DNA of 64,000 nucleotides from the human T2T-CHM13v2.0 reference genome, Homo sapiens. Below, piece by piece: positions 54,426-64,000 of the stretch. Numbering within the stretch: the stretch's first letter is position 1; every line of letters starts with the position of its first letter. The DNA lies in assembly GCF_009914755.1 (NCBI RefSeq), contig NC_060928.1. One strand, written 5' to 3'. The position numbers were made by a program, and so were the translations under genes. The notes under the pieces are model-generated. The model was not told where the DNA came from. It ran no database searches and saw only the letters and a program-made list of their open reading frames with translations.

Positions 54426-55273
54426 AAAGAAGCCAGTATTACATTCCTTTCAGCTCTAAGCTACCCTAATGCTTGGAGCCTTCATAGTAACATTCCATGG
54501 TAATTTTTTCACATGTATGAGATTTTCCATCATAAGTGACTACAATTAGCATATCTGGGTGATGTGTATGTGTTGGTTCCTTGTTTTACCTGGAACAGAA
54601 GGAAGGAATTGGCTGCCAGATATTTGAAAATTTGTTGTTGGAAATGGCAGCACTGCATGTAAGAGGAGCTTTTTCAAATGAATCAGTAGATAAAAGGTGG
54701 AAGCTTGGCTCTTCCAGCCAAGCTCCCTTCAACAAGAGGAATGAAAATCGTAGTTCAATGCCTGCTGCTCACTTATCTCGTGTCTCATATCTTACTGCAA
54801 CTTCCAGAATGAAAAGACCCTGCCACAATGAGGGGCTGAGTAATTAATTGCCTGAAACACATGGGTAGTCTGAAATTTGAGATTCTTATAAAGGTGTGAC
54901 TCACAGCTTTCTTAGAAAAAGAGAACAAATATCCATTGCACCAGGAACAGGGAAATTTCCCTCCCATCTTCTTCTCTTTCCTATTAGGTAAGTGCTTTTT
55001 ATTCGGTCATTCCCAAAATGTTTTGGGGTTGGGGGTGCATCGATTCAGCACACACCCTATGGAGAGCTGGGATACTCTCCTCTTCCAAGGCAGCACAGCC
55101 CATACCCAAGCAGCTTTCAATTGTAGGTGACTATTTTCTATCTGGGAGTGGAGGAAGGAAAGTGGAAAGTTAGTTGAATAAATATAATTAAGCTACTGGT
55201 GTGAGATATTTCAGCACAGGGTCTTGTTTTTGTTTTTCTTTAAAGGAATAATGCTAAACCCAGTTGGTTTTCT

Positions 55274-55606
55274 TTTTTTTCCCTTCCTTCCTTCCTTCCT
55301 TCCTTCCTTCCTTCCTTCCTTCCTTCCTTCCTTCTTTCCTTCCTTCCTTCGAGACAGGATCTCATTCTGTAGCCCAGGATGAAGAGCAGTGGCATAATCA
55401 TAGCCCACTTCAGCTTTGACCTCTCAGTCTCAAGTGATAGTCCCCCCACAGCCTCCTGAGTAGCTGGGACCACAGGCGTGCACCACCATACCCAGGTAAT
55501 TTTTTAATTTTTTGGTAGAAACAGGATCTCATTATGCTGCCCAGGCTAGCCTTGAACTCCTCGCCTCAAGCAATCCTCCCACCTTGGCCTCTCAAAGAGC
55601 TGGGAT
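55274..55606 (-). mobile_element. AluJ with (CCTT)n tail
   Basis: (CCTT)n at 55281-55349 precedes gagacaggatctc. Confidence 0.9.
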
Positions 55607-56982
55607 CCAACTGGATTTTGGAGATAAATCCCTGAGGAAAAAAACTGGGCTTGGCTCCCCAGAACACCTGGATTTTAGTATCTGAAAATTAAAGTTAATT
55701 GGAAAAACATAATTCCGACTTAATATAGCTTTAACCTGCTGATCTCAATGTACTATGATTACTCCCAGTGTTAATTTTAAGTTTGAAATATAGTCTCATG
55801 TAAGAGGTGACTCACATAGAATCTCATCTCTTCATCTTAATAATTCTACTGCAGATAAATGTTCTCTGGGCTATTAAGGCAAATCCTTGTAATCCTGGGA
55901 ATGTGGTCCTTAGGCAACTAACCTCTTGATGGAAGAAAAAAACAAAAAACAAAAAACAAAAAAAACCAGTCCTGGTCTTCATCACTTTTCTGTACTTTAC
56001 TAAGCTTGGGTTTGGGTAGTTTCCAGTTTTCTAGTGTCCAGAGAGAATTCATCTGCCTATAAGACTTCTGAATATTCTTATTTTCCTCGCATTTCTGTGT
56101 GGACTGTCTCAGTGTTAGCTTTTCCTCTTGCTTGCTCCTGCTCTCTCTCTTCCCTCACACCCCACACCCCTTCACCCTGGGAATTAAAGGCATGTACTCT
56201 GCAGTCTCAGTAACACCAGCTTTTAAGTGAGACCACAGTACAAAATAATAAATGAGATTTTAAACAGTGTTTGAAGTGGGTGCGAGCCATGTTGTACATT
56301 TCAAGACCAATATTCTTGCAGAAGCCACTGTGGAAGATGACGAAAGGAAAATGAATCACAGATGAGGAAGAAACAAAAACAAATGAAATAAAGAAAACGA
56401 ACGGACACAGACTTTAGGAATGATGTTTGATTCCTAATTAGGCTTGATATTACCATGTTTGGTTACTGGTGTGTTTTCATTCATGTCTTTTGACCTGCTT
56501 AAAAAAGGAAAGAGGTCACTTCAAGGGATCCACATTTCAATTTCAGTGTGTGGCACAATTACTCTATACTAAGAGTCTACTAGCCGTCATTCCCACAGTA
56601 AGGCCTGGCTTGTTCGTACACTGGGTGCATCTCTGATCTAATTTTATTATGGATGACAGCATGACATTCATTTCCACCACATTCTACACCGCTCCAATTC
56701 TGAACTTGGCATGTAATAGCCATAAAATAACATGAGTAAAGAAGGGGACTCCTGCACAGAACTCTGGAAACCAATGCCCAATTTACGAGTCCAAGCATGC
56801 ATGACTACTGTAAACCAGAATGGTACTAAAACCAATAAATATATGAGAAGAAAATGAATAGTTACGTAAAGGTTTATTGTAGACACTGGTTCATTTTCAT
56901 AATTTTAGGTTGAATATACCCAGCTGATGAAAGCTTTGAAAAACTGAGTATAATTCCTTATTAAAATTAAAAGCACAACCTG

Positions 56983-57316
<334 letters not shown>

Positions 57317-57519
57317 TGAAAGAAAGCTAACTTTAGGGAACTCAGTATTTGCATGGCACCAAATTATCACCCCAGGATGACTAGCGAATTGACAAAGGGA
57401 AAATATATCTTAATAGTAAAGAGAATTGTGGTTGCCATTACCTTAATTTGGGAATCAAACTTGGCATCACTAATAGTGAGAAAACCAGGCTCAATGTGAT
57501 CCTGATGCCATGCACTATG

Positions 57520-57700
57520 TTTTTAAAATTTTTATTAAAAATTTTTTTTGTGAGAGAGCCTCTCGGTCTGTCACCCAGGTTGGAGGGCAGTGGCATGATC
57601 ACAGCTCACTACAGCCTCCAACTCCTGGGCTCAAGCATGATCCTCTCATCTCAGTTTCTTGAGTAGCTGAGACTACAGGTGTGAGCCACCATGCCTGGCT
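57520..57700 (-). mobile_element. FRAM monomer
   Basis: Single monomer; TSD tgccatgca(c/g)tatg. Confidence 0.82.
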
Positions 57701-57719
57701 GCTGCCATGCAGTATGAAG

Positions 57720-58520
57720 GAGATAGCCTCATCTATGAGTATTCTTCAAAATGTGTAACCTGAATCAAGTCAAGACTTTAGGTGTGTAGGCTATACAGAG
57801 GATGGAGGAACAAGTTAAGCCACTTTAAAGAAAGAATCAAAAAGTCTAGAACTGGGGCCTTCTATAAGACAGGCTTAGTACAGTACAAAAAAGTGATGAA
57901 GACCAGGACTGGTTTTTTTTTTTTGTTTGTTTTGTTTTTTTTTAAGGCCTGGCCTTTTAAAAAAGTCAATAGCATGAGAAAAGGGGAAACAGGGCTGGGC
58001 TCTGGATTAAAAAAGATGGACGACATGACAATTGTCACATGTGTTCCTTGATTAGATTCAAAATTGGAAAAAAACTCTACATATACTGAGTTGATCATTA
58101 TACAATTCTACATGCATTGAAACATCACACTGTACTCCATAAGAATGTGCAATTATTATGTAGCAATTATAAATAAAAATTAATTTTAAAACAGTATGTT
58201 CTTAAAAACCCTATAAAACCATGATAATCATTTGAATATGGACTGCGTATTATATGATATTAAGGAATTACTGTGAATTTATTAAGTGGCATATATTGGT
58301 ATTTGGTTATGTTAAAAAGGTGTCCTCATTTTTTTTTAAATGTATGCTGAAGTACTGGAGGGTGATTGATTTTAAAATGGTCCAGCAACCACAAAAAAAC
58401 AGATGAAGCAAAGATGGCAAAATAATAACAATTATTAATTAAATGTATTGGGTTATGGGTATGCATTGTATTATTTTTTCTATTTCTCTGCATGTTTGAA
58501 CATTTTTATGATAAAAAGGT
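57720..58520 (+). mobile_element. L1ME 3' relics with a nested L1MA 3' tip (~58080-58190)
   Basis: aacctgaatc...gacatgacaa...tttgaatatggactg...gttatgttaaaa; gatcattatacaattctacatgcattgaaacatcacactgtac. Confidence 0.6.
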
Positions 58521-59042
58521 AAGGAAAAAAACCTTAGCTTTTATTAGTTGCTAATGAAAATCAGGTGTTTCAAAACTAATTAGTTTTTCTCTATCCATTT
58601 GGACCAGATCACCCTTCCAAATGAGCAAAAAATTTAAAAATAAAATAACATACTGATAATTTTTAAAAATTAAGCACAGGTGCAGCCCTCAAGTGTCAAC
58701 AACAGCAACAAAATGGCAATAATTTAAACCACATCAATTTCCCTTTAATTATCTTTATCTTATGAGATACAAACAAAAATTTGCAGTGGTAACAGTGTCT
58801 GGTGTTTATGTTTAAATCCATATAAATTGGTTACTTGCTGTTCATATCAGTGAATGGTTTAAAGTGAAAACAACCCTGGTAATCACAAATTATCTGTTGT
58901 AATCAACTTTTCCACGTGAGTTAATTGAAGCATAGTGAGTACCAATAAGTAAAAAGAAAGCTAGGCTTAGGGAACAGTTCACAATTTATAAATAATTATG
59001 CCACTTAGCAAATTAGTAAAGTAATTTACTCCTCACATCTAC

Positions 59043-59528
59043 AAACCCTTGAACAACACAGGTTTGAACTGCGAGGGTCCGCTTATATGTGGATTTTTTT
59101 CAGTAAAAGTTACATTAAGTGTGTCTGGCTCTCCTGCCTCCCCCTCCACATCCTCCACCTCTTCCGCCTCTGCCACCCCTGAGACAGCAAGACCAACCCC
59201 TCTTCCTGCTCAGCCTACTCAACTTGAAGAGGACACGGATGAAGACCTTTATGATAATCCACTTCCACTTAATGAAAGTTAATATATTTTCTCTTCCTTG
59301 TGATTTTCTTATTAAAATTTTCTTTTCTCTAGCTTACTTTACTGTAAGAATACAGTATATAATACATCTAACACAAAATATGTGTTAATCAGCTGTTTAT
59401 GTTATCAGTAAGGCTTCCAGTCAACAGTAGGCTATTAGTAAAGTGTTTGGGGAGTCGAAAGTTACACTCAGATTTTTGACTGCAAGGGTGTCAGCACCTC
59501 TGACCCTTGTGTTGTTCAAGAGTCAACT
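59043..59528 (+). mobile_element. Tigger2a (MER28), near full length
   Basis: acccttgaacaacacaggtttgaactgc...gtgttgttcaagagtcaact terminal inverted repeats. Confidence 0.9.
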
Positions 59529-60101
59529 TTTTTTTTTAATCAGCCTACTTTCCTATCTGGATTTATGTGTAGAGTATATGGATTAAATTAAATATTTATA
59601 TTTTACTGTATACATTTGACTTACATTATCTTGATTTGGTGGTTGAGTGATCATTATAAAATTGCTGGAATTCATTTCCTGTAAGAATAAAGTAATTAGC
59701 AGTTGGGCATAATGGAAATGGCATGGGACTGGGAGTTATAAAACCTGAATGATATAGGCCACACTTATGTGCTTGTGTAACTAAATAAATATCTGTTTGA
59801 CTTTGGGCAAATCTTTAGTCTTCTTGAGTGTTAATATCCTCATTTAGATATATCCATGGTTAGAATAGGTTAGAGACTCTTAACTTGGGTTGGAAGGATC
59901 CACAAATTCCCCTGAAATTAACATATGTCATGTGTACTAGTGTAGAAGCATTTTTCTGAGGGGAAGTGTGGTAAATTAGATACAGTCACAGGTCTTTGCA
60001 GTAACTTCCATCTAAACATACTGTCTTTTTTCTTGTCCATTGATCTGGGCTGGCCTTGTGACAGCTACTCTGTCCAAAAGAATGAGGCAAAGGCAGAAGC
60101 A

Positions 60102-60413
60102 CAGGGCACAGTGGCTCATGTCTGTAATCCTAGAAGTTTGGGAGACTAAGGCTGGAGGACCACTTGAGGTGAGAAGTTTGAGACCAGCCGTGGCAACAAA
60201 GCAAAACCCTGTCTCTACAAAAAATTGAAAACTTAGCCAGGTGTGGTGATGTGTGCCTGTAATCCTAGCTACTTGGGAGGCTGAGGCCAGAGGACCACAT
60301 GAGCCCAGGAGGTCAAGGCTGCAGTGAGCTATGAATGTGCCACTGGACTCCAGCCTGGGTGACAAAGTGAGACCCTGTCTCACACACACACATGCACACA
60401 CACATACACACAC
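60102..60413 (+). mobile_element. AluJ with (CA)n tail
   Basis: cagggcacagtggctcatg...gaccctgtctc, then (CA)n. Confidence 0.92.
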
Positions 60414-62999
60414 TATATTATATATTTCATATATATTTTTTATATGTTATATATTATATATAATATATATTAAATATATAATACATATAATATATTATAT
60501 ATGAAATATATAATATATTATACATGTTGTATATATAATATATAATATATTATATATTTCATATGTATAATATATTATATATTTTATATGTAACATATTT
60601 CATGTATATTTTATATATAATATATTTCATGTATATTTTATATATATTATATAATTTATCCTATATATTACATATATTTTATATATAATGTATATTTTAT
60701 ATATGAAATATACATATGAAATATATAACATATAACATATAATATATTATATATTATATATAATATATGATATATCATATAATATATATTATATATAATA
60801 TATGATATATCATATATTATATATAATATATGATATATCATATATTATATATCATATATGATATATTATATATCATATATGATATATTATATATTACATA
60901 TCATATATTATATATTATATATTACATATGATATATTATATATTATATTATATATAATATATTATATATAATATATTATATATTATATATTATATATTAT
61001 ATATTATATATAATATATAATATATTATATATTATATATTATATATACTATATTATGATATATAATATATATTATATATTATATCATGATATTATATATT
61101 ATATATTATCATGATATAATATATATTATATACTATATCATGATATAATATATTATATATTATATCATGATATAATATATATTATATATTATATCATGAT
61201 ATAATATATAATATATTATATCATGATATAGTATATATTATATATTATATCATGATATATATTATATATTATATTCTGATATATAATATATTATATATTA
61301 TATTATGATATATAATATATTATATATTATATTATGATATATAATATATTATATATTATATTATGATATATAATATATATTATATATTGTATTATGATAT
61401 ATAATATATATTATATATTGTATTGTGATATATAATATATATTATATATTGTATTGTGATATATAATATATATTATATATTATATTGTGATATATAATAT
61501 ATATTATATATTATATTGTGATATATAATATATATGATATATCATATATCATATATATGATATATTATATGTAATATATATAATATATATGATATATAAT
61601 ATATAATATATATTTCATATTACGTATGTTATATATATTTCATATAATATATGTTATATATATTTCATATAATATATGTTATATATATTTCATATAATAT
61701 ATGTTATATATATTTCATATAATATATGTTATATATTTCATATATAATATATATCATATATAATATATTATATATTTTATATAATATATAGTATATTATA
61801 TATGATATATATTACATATTATATAATATATTATAATATACATATATAATTATAAATATAATATACATAATATATAATATACAAGATATAATATATAATA
61901 TACCATATATAATATATAATATATAATATACAATATATAATATATAATATACAATATATAATATATAATATATAATATTTTCTACATTATATATAATATA
62001 TAATATATTTTCTATATTATATATAATATATATTTTCTATATTATATATAATATATATTTATATATTATATATTTTCTATATAATATATATTTTATATAT
62101 CATATATTTTCTATGTAATGTATATTTTATATATTATATATTTTATACATAATATATTTAACATATTATATAATATATAATATATAATATATATTATATA
62201 TTATATATTATGTATATTTTATACATTATATATTATATACATATAATATATATTATATATTATATACATATAATATATATTATATATTACGTATATTTTA
62301 TATGTTATATATTATGTATGTTTTATATATTATACATTATGTATATTTTATGTAGTATATATTATATGCATGTAATATATATTATATGCATATAATATAT
62401 ATTATATATTATATATAACATGATGTATAATATATATTATATATTATATGCATATAATACATATTATATATTATATGCATATAATACATATTATATATTA
62501 TATGCATATAATACATATTATATATTATATACATATAATACATATTATATATTATATACATGTAATACATATTATATATTATATATTATACATATAATAT
62601 ATATTATATGTATAATATATTATATATAATATATATTATGTATATTTTATATATTATATACTATATACATATATAATATACATTATGTATATTTTAGATA
62701 TTATATATTATATTATATTATATATTATATATAATATCATATATATTATATATAATATTATAAATATAATATATAATATATTATAAATATAATATATAAT
62801 ATATTATATATTATATAATATATAATATATAATATATTATATATTATATATTATATAATATATTATATATTATATAATATATAATATATAATATATAATA
62901 TATCATATATATTACATATAATATAATATATAATATATTATATATAATATATTATATATTACATTATATTTTATATATATGATATATTATATATAGGAT
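60414..62999. repeat. ~2.6-kb TA-rich low-complexity array with 25-31-bp higher-order units
   Basis: Almost exclusively A/T; repeated units such as tttcatataatatatgttatatata (25 bp) and atattatatattatatgcatataatac (27 bp). Confidence 0.97.
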
Positions 63000-63451
63000 A
63001 AATTTTTTTTTTAAAAAGGAATGAGGCAAAAATGATGTCATGTGACTTCTCAGCCTTGGTCTCAAGAAGCCTTGCAAGTTTTGCTTTCATTGTCTACCAA
63101 GTGAATTAGTCACTACCAAGTAAATCAGACCTAGCTGTCTTGCTGGAAACACATGGCCCAGCTGACAGCCAACAACAAGTACCAAACATGACTGAGGCTA
63201 TCTGGGCCATTCAGCCTCATGTAAGCCATTAGATGACTGAGGCTGCCTGAGTGATCCCAGACAAACCCAGCAGAAGAACTACCAGCTGGGCCCAGCACAA
63301 ATTGCAGAATTACGAGCAATTTAATGGTAGTTGTTTTAAGCCATTAAGTTTTGCGATAGTTTGTTATACCGTACTATCTAACCACTTCAAGAGGATACAT
63401 AGATTTTTATCTGATTCTCAAAGATTATGAACTACTACTGAAGTTGAATTA

Positions 63452-63802
<351 letters not shown>

Positions 63803-64000
63803 CTATGTCAAAGGCATGATTTAATTTAGCAAATCTTGCATTCAAACTGCATTTTAAAGTAAATCCTAGAATTATGTAACTGAAGAATCAGCAGGCCCTG
63901 GAGTCTGTAGTTCAGAGAATTTCTCTTCTTTCCTCTTGAAAAAGTATGTTGGGCAGTGTTTAGGCATCTCTTTCATTCTCCATATTTTTTAAAGATTAAA

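Larger units (their letters stand above)
59966..63389 (+). mobile_element. MLT1 (G/H-like) LTR split by an AluJ plus TA array (pieces 59966-60091 and 63014-63389)
   Basis: gggctggccttgtgac...aatgaggcaaa | aatgatgtcatgtgacttc...ttgttttaagccattaagtttt. Confidence 0.7.

Noticed and set aside
61020-62600. CRISPR-like array (25-31-bp repeats)
   Set aside because: No unique spacers, no cas genes, and a eukaryotic context; it is a minisatellite.
62210-62629. Tyr/Ile-rich ORFs with YYILYAYNT repeats
   Set aside because: By-product of the TA array and its 27-bp unit.

Overview
Primate (very probably human) non-coding genomic DNA. It is AT-rich, CpG-depleted and dominated by interspersed repeats: about 28 Alu/FLAM/FRAM copies, several L1M/L1PB fragments, MaLR/ERVL LTRs, Tigger/Charlie/MER DNA-transposon fossils, and L2/L3/MIR relics. 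I can support no protein-coding exon, and I could not identify the locus. The ORFs I could trace are repeat-derived or low-complexity, and the rest are short with no recognisable motif. I found no new multi-gene system. The most notable signals are rearrangement scars. (1) A U6 snRNA retrocopy is fused to a non-L1, MIR-like fragment inside a Charlie1 fossil. (2) A 156-bp copy of that U6/Charlie1 junction is pasted into the 5' end of an Alu about 1 kb downstream. (3) A ~2.6-kb structured TA array sits between an AluJ body and its own 3' target-site duplication (TSD). (4) A 5'-intact, 3'-truncated L1 is nested in an internally deleted older L1. There are also several short tandem and foldback duplications, and a few repeat-free blocks carrying enhancer-like motifs. 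Repeat family names come from my recall of consensus sequences, not from a search. Boundaries are approximate unless a TSD is quoted.
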